26,245 nt of DNA, taken from positions 89,354 to 115,598 of the forward strand of contig JBHLMP010000003.1 in assembly GCA_048938025.1 (NCBI GenBank), written 5' to 3'. Under the pieces are notes generated by a model that saw nothing but the letters and a program-made list of their open reading frames with translations, ran no database searches and was not told where the DNA came from. Position 1 is the first letter of the stretch. Each line of letters begins with the position of its first letter. This DNA comes from Promethearchaeota archaeon (GTDB taxonomy: Archaea; Asgardarchaeota; Lokiarchaeia; Sigyniarchaeales; SOKP01). The position numbers and the translations under genes were made by a program. Below are positions 9,129-18,500 of the stretch, piece by piece.

Positions 9129-10457
9129 CTAATACGCTCTTCCCTTTTTCTTTGCTTCCATATAGTTGTTCAATACTTCACCCATCATATTATCGGGTGC
9201 AACCGTTATTATATTAACCCTTAAATTTCTTAATTCTTGTTTTATTTTAAGGATATGTTCCATCATTTCCTCACTTATCGCTTCTGCTAAAGCTTTATCA
9301 GTTGAAGATAAATCGATTTCATGTATTTCAAACCAAGGACTAAATGGATTAATAATAATAATTGTATGGTTAAAAGGAATTAACTTTTTTATTGCTTGGG
9401 TAACTTCTTTATCAGCTGCTTCTAAATCAGAGATAATAAAGATTAAGCTACGCTTTTGGAAACGTCTTGTGAAAAAATCAATTGCTTCAACAATTCTACA
9501 TTTTCCCTCTGGTTTCACTCGAGCAACAAAATCTAATACTTGATAAAAATGGTCTTCACCACTTCCAGGTTTTAAAAACTTTAGATTCTTTTTATCAGAA
9601 AAAGTAAAAACGCCTACACTATCTCGACGCGTCAGGGCTACTTTTGTTAATAACATACAAGCTCTTATGGCAAATTCAAATTTTGTGTTTTCAATAGCTC
9701 CTCCGGCCATAGAACTTGAAGAATCTACTAAAATCATAACAGTGATGTCTCTTTCTGATTCAAACTCCTTTACAATTAATGTTTGGGCGCGAGCACTTGC
9801 CTTCCAGTCAATTAGTCTAAATTGATCACCAAAAGCATATTTTCTCATACCATAAAACTCTGAACCAAGGCCTTTTTGTTTAGATCTTTGGAGACCATAA
9901 TTCAATTGTAAAGATCTTTTTGAACCTAGTATCTCAATTCTTTTAATATCTTCATAAGGAGGATAGACAAGTATATCTGTAACACTATTAGGAACAATTC
10001 TTTCGAGTGAATTAAAACCTAAGCGGTCTTTAACTATTATTGACAATGGTCCCAATGCATATTCACCCCTAACTTTTGGTTCAAGAACATAAGAGAACCT
10101 TACAGTAGCTCTAGGTCCTATTCTCGTTGATATGAAATTTTCACCTAAAATTAGTCTAAAAAGTTGTGGGTTAAAATTGTCTCTAATTTCAAGATAATCA
10201 AAGCTACTTCGACCAATATTCTCTATAACCACTTTAACATGGACAAAATCATCTTTGAATACTTTTTCTTTCTCGAGTTCTCTATGTACCCTCAATTCTT
10301 CCACATTCATCTTATAGTGAAATATTGGTAAACTAATAATGGTACTAAAGAGCAAGAGAATGGCGAAATATATTAGGAAATAATTAACAAACGCAAATCC
10401 TGCTGTAAGAAAAAAAACAGCAAATAAAACTAAACTCCTGCCTTTTCCTCCTAAGAT
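9129..10457 (-). CDS. DUF58-domain vWA protein (MoxR partner) with N-terminal transmembrane hairpin; start uncertain (proposed ATC at 10457; track uses 10355)
   Basis: GSEFYGMRKYAFGDQFRLIDWKASAR, LIVKEFE, MIDAS DSSSSM, KFEFA, IISDL. The frame is open upstream of 10355 to 10469, encoding ILGGKGRSLVLFAVFFLTAGFAFVNYFLIYFAILLLF. Confidence 0.88.
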   Translation of the reverse strand: MLGGKGRSLVLFAVFFLTAGFAFVNYFLIYFAILLLFSTIISLPIFHYKMNVEELRVHRELEKEKVFKDDFVHVKVVIENIGRSSFDYLEIRDNFNPQLFRLILGENFISTRIGPRATVRFSYVLEPKVRGEYALGPLSIIVKDRLGFNSLERIVPNSVTDILVYPPYEDIKRIEILGSKRSLQLNYGLQRSKQKGLGSEFYGMRKYAFGDQFRLIDWKASARAQTLIVKEFESERDITVMILVDSSSSMAGGAIENTKFEFAIRACMLLTKVALTRRDSVGVFTFSDKKNLKFLKPGSGEDHFYQVLDFVARVKPEGKCRIVEAIDFFTRRFQKRSLIFIISDLEAADKEVTQAIKKLIPFNHTIIIINPFSPWFEIHEIDLSSTDKALAEAISEEMMEHILKIKQELRNLRVNIITVAPDNMMGEVLNNYMEAKKKGRAY

Positions 10458-10524
10458 TTTAACGCCACCTTACTCATAATAATTAACTTAATTGAATATA
10501 ACCCCATAAAATATGGAAAAAAAT

Positions 10525-11502
10525 TTATATCGGTACTGGAATATCTTCGATAATTCCTTTAATCACTGCATTTACATCAAGACCTTCTAATTCAGCTTCA
10601 GGTTTCAATAAAATCCTATGATTTAATGCTGGGACCGTTAATGCACGTACATCGTCTGGTGTTACATAAGTACGCCCTAAAATTGCAGCCCGTGCCTTTG
10701 CACATTTCATTAAGGTGAGTCCAGCTCTAGGACCGCATCCTAACGCAATTTGCGGATGATTTCGAGTTTTTAATATCACATCTCTAATATATTTTAGTAT
10801 TCTATCATCTATGTAAACCATATTTACTAACTTTTGAGCAGCAAGTATTTCTTCTGCGTTAGTAATTTTATCTACTGATGGTGATTCACCAGAAATTTGT
10901 CTTCTCATAATGTCCACTTCTTCATCTTGTTCAGGGTAATCTAGCCAGAGTTTGAATAAAAATCGATCAACTTGTGCTTCTGGTAATGGGTAAGTTCCCT
11001 CCATTTCAACGGGATTTTCAGTTGCTATAACTATAAAAGGTTTTACAAGTTCAAGGGTTTCTCCCTCTATGGTTACTTGTCGTTCAGCCATAGCCTCGAG
11101 TAGAGCTGCTTGTGTTTTAGGAGCACTCCGATTAATTTCATCTGCAAGGACAACGTTTGCGAAAATAGGGCCCTTTTGCAGAACAAATGTACCTTCTTCT
11201 TGTGAGAAAATTTTAGTGCCTGTGATATCAGCTGGTAGTAAATCAGGGGTGAATTGAACCCTCCTAAATGAAATTCCAAGAGTTTTTGCAAAAGTCTTTG
11301 CCATTACAGTTTTTCCGAGACCTGGTACACCTTCTAATAGAACATGTCCATTTACAAGAAGCGAAATGAATAACTGTTGTAGAATATCACCATACCCTAC
11401 AATAACTCGGCTTACTTCACTTAATACCTCCTGTGCTATTTCTCTTATAGGAGTAATATCAATTTCTTCATGTTCATAATATTTTGCCTTGTCGACTTCC
11501 AC
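10525..11502 (-). CDS. moxR: MoxR-family AAA+ ATPase
   Basis: Walker A GVPGLGKT, RVQFTPDLLPADITG, Walker B LADEINRSAPKTQAALLEAM, NPVEMEGTYPLPEAQVDRF; GTG start 8 nt behind an AAGGTG SD. Confidence 0.97.
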   Translation of the reverse strand: MEVDKAKYYEHEEIDITPIREIAQEVLSEVSRVIVGYGDILQQLFISLLVNGHVLLEGVPGLGKTVMAKTFAKTLGISFRRVQFTPDLLPADITGTKIFSQEEGTFVLQKGPIFANVVLADEINRSAPKTQAALLEAMAERQVTIEGETLELVKPFIVIATENPVEMEGTYPLPEAQVDRFLFKLWLDYPEQDEEVDIMRRQISGESPSVDKITNAEEILAAQKLVNMVYIDDRILKYIRDVILKTRNHPQIALGCGPRAGLTLMKCAKARAAILGRTYVTPDDVRALTVPALNHRILLKPEAELEGLDVNAVIKGIIEDIPVPI

Positions 11503-11573
11503 TTTTTATACACCTTTTTTTTTTCGAATTTTTTATTTTTGATTTAATCATTTAATTTAATACGTAAACGTGA

Positions 11574-13307
11574 CTAGATATTATTTACAACCCATTCCAT
11601 TTCAAAGAACAGGTTTTCAAAATCTTGTTCATTTCTTATTTTTTCTTTACCTTCTTTTATCAATAAAATCTTATCCATAAATCTATCTATTCTTCTAACT
11701 TTTGTTTTACTAATTCCTAGTTCTTTAGCGACAACCATATCTACTACATTTTCTTTTGTGATTTTTTGACTCTTTAATAGGCTATTTAATTTCCTTTCCA
11801 ATCTCCTATAGAGTAGAGTTAATGCTTTTCCATAGTTACTTTTCTCTCTATACCATTCGATTTTTTGGGCAAAAAAAGAAGAGGTTCTAAATTTCGCTAT
11901 TTCTTCTTCCTTTTCTGCTTTTTCTGTTTTCTTTTTCTGTTCTTTCTCATCTTTTTTTGGTAGATATCTTTTTAAGGTATAATAAGCTAAGATTGGGTAA
12001 ATCCATGCTGTAATTGGGTTAGTCGATAAATGTATTACATATTGCATTATAAACCCGTAAATACCCGCAGATGTTAGATCTCTTGAATATTCTGGACGGA
12101 TGTGAGCTTCATCAAACACTATAATCCAGTCATCTTTATTACCACCTGAATTTATGTATGTTAACCACTCAATAACATTTATACCAAATTGACGGTTATC
12201 ATAAAGTTCAATTAACTCATTATTAAATAGACTAGCATCTGCAGATACGAATATCCTGATATTTTGATATTCTTTTGCCATAAATACTGGTTGAGGATAA
12301 ATTCCTAAAGGTAAATTATTAAGTGGAAAACTAGGGATCATACCACTCATAAAACCTAGATTAAGAACATCTGTGTCATTATCAAATTGATCATTATCAT
12401 TCTTATCGATAAAACTTTGTGCACTTGAATAACCGATATCGTCCCACCCAAAATAACTTATTAAAGGTCCCCCAGCTGCAGAAGTTGCTTGCCCTAAGAC
12501 AACTTGCATACCAGAAAAAACCGTTGGATGAGGATTAAAAGTTGTAATAACTGGATATTCGGCAGTTTTATAATATGAATAATGATCTCTTAAAACGCCA
12601 TCTGGAAATATAGTTAATGGAAAACTTTTATCTACTTCTTGAGTTAAAAAGCTTGCAATTAATATTTCCCATAATAGAGTACTTGTAGAACCATGATCAT
12701 GGCATATTAATAAAGAATTACTGCTATTGAAGAATTTAATAAAATATGGAATTTCGAATATTGGATCATAATATTGATTAGGACCCATCAAAATCAGGAG
12801 AATTCTTTTATCCAACCGCTCAGTAGCACTAAGGCTTGATTGTACCGTCATTATTTCATAACCTTGACCTTCTATAGTATCTCTAAAATCTGAGCACCCA
12901 TTCCAATCTGTATTGTATATTGAGAAATGTTGATTATTTTTACCTTGATCAATTATTGGGGCAAGTAAAGGAACAAATGCAAAAATAAATATTATCAAAA
13001 AAAGGGCTTGTTTGTACATTGATCCTTTTTTAACTTGTTTCCGGGATTGGGTTTGGCGAGTCTTGTAGACTGAAACATTTCTAATGAATATAATAAAAGC
13101 AATACCTAAAAATAATGCCCCGATATAACATAATAAAGGGATATAGCTAACCAAAACTGGTAGATCTCCAGGGTTATGGTTCTGAAAAGAGACTATAAAT
13201 TCACTAATTACAATTCCAAATACAATTAAGTATATTGTGAAAAACACAAAAATTATTGCTTTTGATATATTAATGCTTTTCTCAGAAGCTTTACCTGCTT
13301 TAACCAT
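11574..13307 (-). CDS. DUF4350-like membrane protein (3 N-terminal TMs, large soluble domain, TM, C-terminal helical domain)
   Basis: FSIYNTDWNGCSDF, DASLFNNELI and IVFDEAH motifs typical of archaeal DUF4350 proteins; lies immediately upstream of moxR, the usual context. Confidence 0.75.
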   Translation of the reverse strand: MVKAGKASEKSINISKAIIFVFFTIYLIVFGIVISEFIVSFQNHNPGDLPVLVSYIPLLCYIGALFLGIAFIIFIRNVSVYKTRQTQSRKQVKKGSMYKQALFLIIFIFAFVPLLAPIIDQGKNNQHFSIYNTDWNGCSDFRDTIEGQGYEIMTVQSSLSATERLDKRILLILMGPNQYYDPIFEIPYFIKFFNSSNSLLICHDHGSTSTLLWEILIASFLTQEVDKSFPLTIFPDGVLRDHYSYYKTAEYPVITTFNPHPTVFSGMQVVLGQATSAAGGPLISYFGWDDIGYSSAQSFIDKNDNDQFDNDTDVLNLGFMSGMIPSFPLNNLPLGIYPQPVFMAKEYQNIRIFVSADASLFNNELIELYDNRQFGINVIEWLTYINSGGNKDDWIIVFDEAHIRPEYSRDLTSAGIYGFIMQYVIHLSTNPITAWIYPILAYYTLKRYLPKKDEKEQKKKTEKAEKEEEIAKFRTSSFFAQKIEWYREKSNYGKALTLLYRRLERKLNSLLKSQKITKENVVDMVVAKELGISKTKVRRIDRFMDKILLIKEGKEKIRNEQDFENLFFEMEWVVNNI

Positions 13308-13362
13308 TTTGATTTTGTTTATTATTTATTTTTAATGTCAATAAAAATGATAGTCTATATAT

Positions 13363-13743
13363 TTACAACTTAGGGAGAGAGACTGACTTTCCATAAATTT
13401 CGTTGTATAAATTCGAGAATAATTCAATTGTATAATTTAATTCGTTGTTAGTTGGCTCAATACCTCCATAGATGATGTCTTCAATCTTTTTAATAAAGGG
13501 ATAAACGGATTCTGGTTTCAATTTCTTTTCTAATTCATTTACACACGAAATTGCGAATTCACGAATAGTTTGATGGGCTTGTCTAGGTTTTTTAAATTTG
13601 ATATTGATAATATCATCATAGATAAGATAAATGTAAGCAATTGCCTCTTTAGGTCTATTAGTTTCAACCAAAACCTTCACGTTATCAAATCTTTGTTTTA
13701 CGTTTATTTCTGGTTCTGGTTGCTTCTTTTTCTTCTTTGCCAT
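13363..13743 (-). CDS. Stand-alone small helical protein, DUF4129-like; paralog of the C-terminal domain of the upstream gene
   Basis: PRQAHQTIREFA...FIKKIEDIIYG resembles the DUF4129 pattern (R..xxT.RE......F....YG) and aligns by eye with the C-terminus of 13873..15495. Confidence 0.7.
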   Translation of the reverse strand: MAKKKKKQPEPEINVKQRFDNVKVLVETNRPKEAIAYIYLIYDDIINIKFKKPRQAHQTIREFAISCVNELEKKLKPESVYPFIKKIEDIIYGGIEPTNNELNYTIELFSNLYNEIYGKSVSLPKL

Positions 13744-13872
13744 TTTTTCATACCATTGTCTTTTTTTTTAATAATTTATTTAATAATTTATTTTGAGTTT
13801 ATAATTTTTTGCAGTTCATTTTAATTTTTATTTTTAATATTTTTATTATAGATTTGAATTTGTAGATTTTAT

Positions 13873-15495
13873 TTAAAAATTTAATACGAAATTATAACCA
13901 GTTAATTGGAAATAAATCGGAGAAAATAATTCACATGTGTTATAAAAATCTTTTTCTGTTATTTTAAAAGGTTTTGCATAGATCACTTCTTCAATTTTCT
14001 GGATAAATGGATATACAGTAGCAGGGGTTAACTTTAATTCTTTAACAGACACTATAGCAAAATCTCTAATTGTTTCATTATCTTTTCTTGCTCTTCCATA
14101 TTTCGCATTCACTAAATCCATATAAATTGCATTAAACAAATAAGATAAAGATTCTTCCAATCTTCCTGAATCTTTAAGAATTTTAAGGTTTTTAATTCTT
14201 GAGATTAGAGGAACATTTACCACCCGGGCTTCTTCTTCTTGTTTTCTATAATAGCGCAATGCATAAACAATAAGACCTGCTATAATAATACCTAATATCG
14301 GAAAAAAAATTACTGAGAAAATTAAAAATGGGGGTAATTCAGCACCTCTATTTGAAGGTAAAGCAACATCTACAAATATATATGTTGGGGTAGAGCTAAT
14401 ATCTTTTCCTGCATAATTAACTAATTGAACTTGAAGAGGAAAGGTCCCATTGCTACCTGTTATATCAAAAGTAGATGTAAAGGACCCATCAGCTCTAGTT
14501 TGAACGGTATCAACTGTATTTCCATCATAAAGAATCTCAACATCTCTATTATTTATTTTGAGGGAACTATCAGTTAATGAGGATAATTGCCCTGTAATTG
14601 TATATCGTGCTCCCACGTATGTACTAAGGTCGATATTCAAATCCCAGAAAACATCTGAGAAAGTTTTTATGGGAGGACTAAAACTTTCGGAGTAACTGAT
14701 AAAAGGAACATTTGAAAAATTTAACTTTAAAGTCAGTTGACTTAATAAAGTATTAGGTACTTGAATATCTGAAAGATCTCCGGAAGAATCAGTCCAGAAT
14801 GACCCTTGATCAATTACATTAAATCCGTCAAGCCAGAAATAATAAACTTCTTCAAAAGAGAGACCAATTCCACTACCATCTCTTAAATATCCATCAATTA
14901 CTAGATACTCTTCTATTAGTTTTGGAGCCAGATCATCATAAGATACAATATCAAAATCCGAACTAGTATTTACGTATATAGTATAATAATCAGGGTTTTC
15001 TATAACGCCGCCAGGAGGAATTGTTACGTAATTTATTGGAATAGCTTTAAGTTCATGAGAACTATATATATCCAGAGATGGATCAATTGTATAATCAATA
15101 GTAAATCTTCCATTAGGATTGGTAAAATCATTATAACTTGGATAATTCATACCATCTACTTGTATTATCACTTCTATATCTGATTTATTTGTGCCATCAG
15201 ACTTACTATAAATTCTGCCTTCAATAGAAATGTCAGTATTATGTGTAAATCGTGAGTTATTGACTTCTAACGGATTTGTTAGATCTAATGTAGCCCATTC
15301 CCAGGATAATCTAGGTTCCTTTTCATTTAATAGATGACTCTTATCATCATTATAATGAAAGTAAGTAAAAAAACTAATGTTAATCAAAATAAGTAAGGTC
15401 AAAAATGTTATTAGAAAGAGGTTTTTTCTTGAGTGAAATATTCTATATTTCCGTGTTATTTTTGAATTTAATTTATTCATAGTTTTAAGTTTCAC
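13873..15495 (-). CDS. Membrane-anchored protein: N-terminal TM, about three Ig/beta-sandwich-like domains, TM, C-terminal DUF4129-like domain (start GTG 15495 or ATG 15480)
   Basis: Two hydrophobic helices; repeated motifs ISIEGRI/LVIDGYL/YTITGQL and TNPNGRF/TDSSGDL/TRADGSF; C-terminal RARKDNETIRDFA...FIQKIEEVIYA. Confidence 0.75.
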   Translation of the reverse strand: MKLKTMNKLNSKITRKYRIFHSRKNLFLITFLTLLILINISFFTYFHYNDDKSHLLNEKEPRLSWEWATLDLTNPLEVNNSRFTHNTDISIEGRIYSKSDGTNKSDIEVIIQVDGMNYPSYNDFTNPNGRFTIDYTIDPSLDIYSSHELKAIPINYVTIPPGGVIENPDYYTIYVNTSSDFDIVSYDDLAPKLIEEYLVIDGYLRDGSGIGLSFEEVYYFWLDGFNVIDQGSFWTDSSGDLSDIQVPNTLLSQLTLKLNFSNVPFISYSESFSPPIKTFSDVFWDLNIDLSTYVGARYTITGQLSSLTDSSLKINNRDVEILYDGNTVDTVQTRADGSFTSTFDITGSNGTFPLQVQLVNYAGKDISSTPTYIFVDVALPSNRGAELPPFLIFSVIFFPILGIIIAGLIVYALRYYRKQEEEARVVNVPLISRIKNLKILKDSGRLEESLSYLFNAIYMDLVNAKYGRARKDNETIRDFAIVSVKELKLTPATVYPFIQKIEEVIYAKPFKITEKDFYNTCELFSPIYFQLTGYNFVLNF

Positions 15496-15511
15496 CTATT
15501 CCTTATTAATA

Positions 15512-18500
15512 TTAAGGTGGCCTAAAAACTTGTTGTTCAATTATTTGTACATATGTACCATCGGGTCCAAAATTGATAATATCCTCAGGGTAAAAATAAA
15601 CATAAACTACAGTATCATCTTCCCACGCACCAACCGTAAACGTTACATTAAAGAAACCAAATGCATCTGTTTGGAATGAAAGAGCAGTTTCTAAAATGTT
15701 ACCATTTCCATCTCTAACAGTTGCATTTATATACATGTTCTCTATAGGAGTTCCATTATCCCAGTATAAATTACCATATACCCATAATTCATCATTAAAA
15801 TACCAGTCCTCCTTATCATATAGAGTGTCATAAAATCCAATGATATAAGTGCCTGCTATAATTTTTATTGAGATATCCGAACTACTATTATGAACCATAT
15901 AATCTGATAATGATATTCCCGCCTCTTGTATGCCTCCATTAAACTCAATTCTTATATAATAGTCTCCTTGAGGACAAGAAATATCAATAAAGTTGAAGAA
16001 TTGATAATAACCAACATTATCAGTTATATCTGTTTGAGATCCAATTAGATAATATGAAGTGACGTCACTATAAGTGCTATTTAATAATGTAATTTCGAGT
16101 ACTAAACCTCTTAAACCTTCTCCACTTTCTAGCACTGTACCATCAACAATAAAACTGTCAAGGTTCCTTATAACTGAATTCTTATCTATTGAACCAAATA
16201 TATTGACCGTTCCATTTATAATTACATATGTGGTATTAGAAGTAAGAGTGGCATCCCACTCCACTTTTATTTTATGTAATCCCACATGCCAATTTGTTGT
16301 AGTGTTAATGAATTCATGATATCCGTAATCAGCAGATCCATATGTGTAAGATCCAATTACTATACTTGTATATACATCTGTGAGAATGACTGTTCCATTT
16401 CCTGGACTTCCACCTTGCTCAATAATAACCGTAAGATTAATCTGTTCTCCAGGATTGTAGCGTTTAGGAAGATGAATATCATCATAGAAAGAAAGAGTTG
16501 GAGTTCCATCAACAAATAGGTATATATTTATATCATCCGGATCCATAACTTTTAAGTCATAAACGCAAGCAACATTACTGGTAAAATTCGTAATGAAATC
16601 AAGATTAAAGTAGTATGGATAACTACTCCCTAAATAATCGAACCATCCATTAAACCATACTTCTAATGTGTAATTCCTTGCAGGAGTAGATTCAGAAACC
16701 TGATAAGTAAGATCAAATTCTCCTGTTTCGTCGAGCACTAAAGATCCAGACACTAAGTTAAGTAAGTATGAGACATCAGTTGGGCCGTCAAATAAGTGAA
16801 CTGTGATTTCACCAAATTTGATTGGATTCCCATTATCGGAATCATTTAAAAATCCATGGATTATAAAATTTCTATTGATCGTCCCACTTCTAAAAATTTC
16901 AGGAGGTTGAGGACAAACATCCAGAGCAATAATGATTGGTGCGTCCAATATAAAGTATGAATAATGATAATTATTTTTCCATTTAGCATAAATCAAATGA
17001 GGTCCTGCTAAAGAATTCAAACCAATCGGGTATGAAGCATTAGCGTAGCCTGATATTGTCTGTACAGAATCAATAGGGGTTCCTTGAGTAACATCATAGA
17101 AATCTACCCATTCGCCATTAGGTATAGGTGTGCTACCATATTGAATAAGTACAGTTAGATTAAGAGCATCATAACGATTTATTATTGGATTGTTGATGTC
17201 ATAAGAGGGATACCCATTTATCCAAAAATCGAAATATAAGATGGCAGGAGTTTCTACTTTCAATTCATCGACCAAAACAATGGAAGAACTTAACGAAACT
17301 AAATTAAATATATATGGATATGGATAACTCGTTAGATCAATTGTTCCATAGAAATCCATTCTTAATGTGTAGTTACCAGTCGGTGTACTAGGATCTACTT
17401 CAAATGTTAAATCAAAAGTGCCATTTTGAAGTGTTTGATAAGGGTAACTTTCAGATGGAACTAAATAAGAAGAATTATCATAACCATCACTTATTAATCT
17501 TAAAGTAACTTCAGAGTAGCGTAATGGTCTAGAACTATTAATAGCGTCAGTAATATTTCCTATGATGTTAAATTTTGTATTTGTATTTCCACCACCAGTA
17601 CGATTAATTACTTGAGGTGTTGGACCAGAAGTAATATGAATAGTAGGAGATTCATCCACAATAAAGTAAGAATAATTTTCTTGAATTCCAAGTCTTGCGA
17701 ATAATAAATTAGGACCTGATATACAATAATCAAGTACATCGTAAGTAATAAAAGCAGTACCATTCTCATCCGAAAAAGCACTACCGATTTTAATACCACC
17801 TCGAGAATAATCATAAAAGAATACTTCTTTATCTGGCTTTGGACCAAAATTTTCTAACATAACCTTAGCAGTGAGATCAAGAGTTGAACCTCTTGAAACG
17901 GAAGGAGCATAAGGGTTATCTGCTGGAGTATTATCAATATAGAACCAAACAGACAAAGCTTTAGTAATGTTAAGACCCATTCTATTACTTGAATTTGTTA
18001 TAAATCCTACTGGAAATGGTATTCCATATAAAATCCAAGTTCCATTAAAATCAACTCGAATTTCATATTGACCTGATGGAACAATGGGATTAATAGTTAG
18101 AGTTGTATCAAATTCACCATTATTCCCTGTAATTTGTGAAGGGGGAGTAAATGCAAATGGTTCTTCTATTGAAGTAACTTTTTGGAGTAATACAAAATTA
18201 ACCTCTGCATCCTTGACTCGTTTTCCATTTATTGGATCATAGACATAACCTTGGACGTAAGTTTCATCAGGAATAGGGTCAGATCGATTAACTTCAGTTG
18301 GATTTACATTTGTCAAATCAATTGCTATATCTCCTAATATTACAGTGACAGTGTAATTGAAATTGAAGAAATCATACCTAGCTTCTATAATGTGGGGACC
18401 TACAACATATGAATCATTTAATTGTACTGAAATTTTTGTTATACCACTAACATCTGTATCATTAACTCCTAGGATTTGGTTAGATGTTATATCAGTAAAG

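Noticed and set aside
10501-10524. T7 tract and a 5-bp hairpin (CCATA-TTT-TATGG) after the moxR stop on the minus strand as a terminator
   Set aside because: Too weak to call in this base composition, and it lies inside an apparent operon.
13744-13872. T/A-tract-rich intergenic stretch as a possible repeat or CRISPR remnant
   Set aside because: Low-complexity sequence without regular repeat-spacer periodicity.
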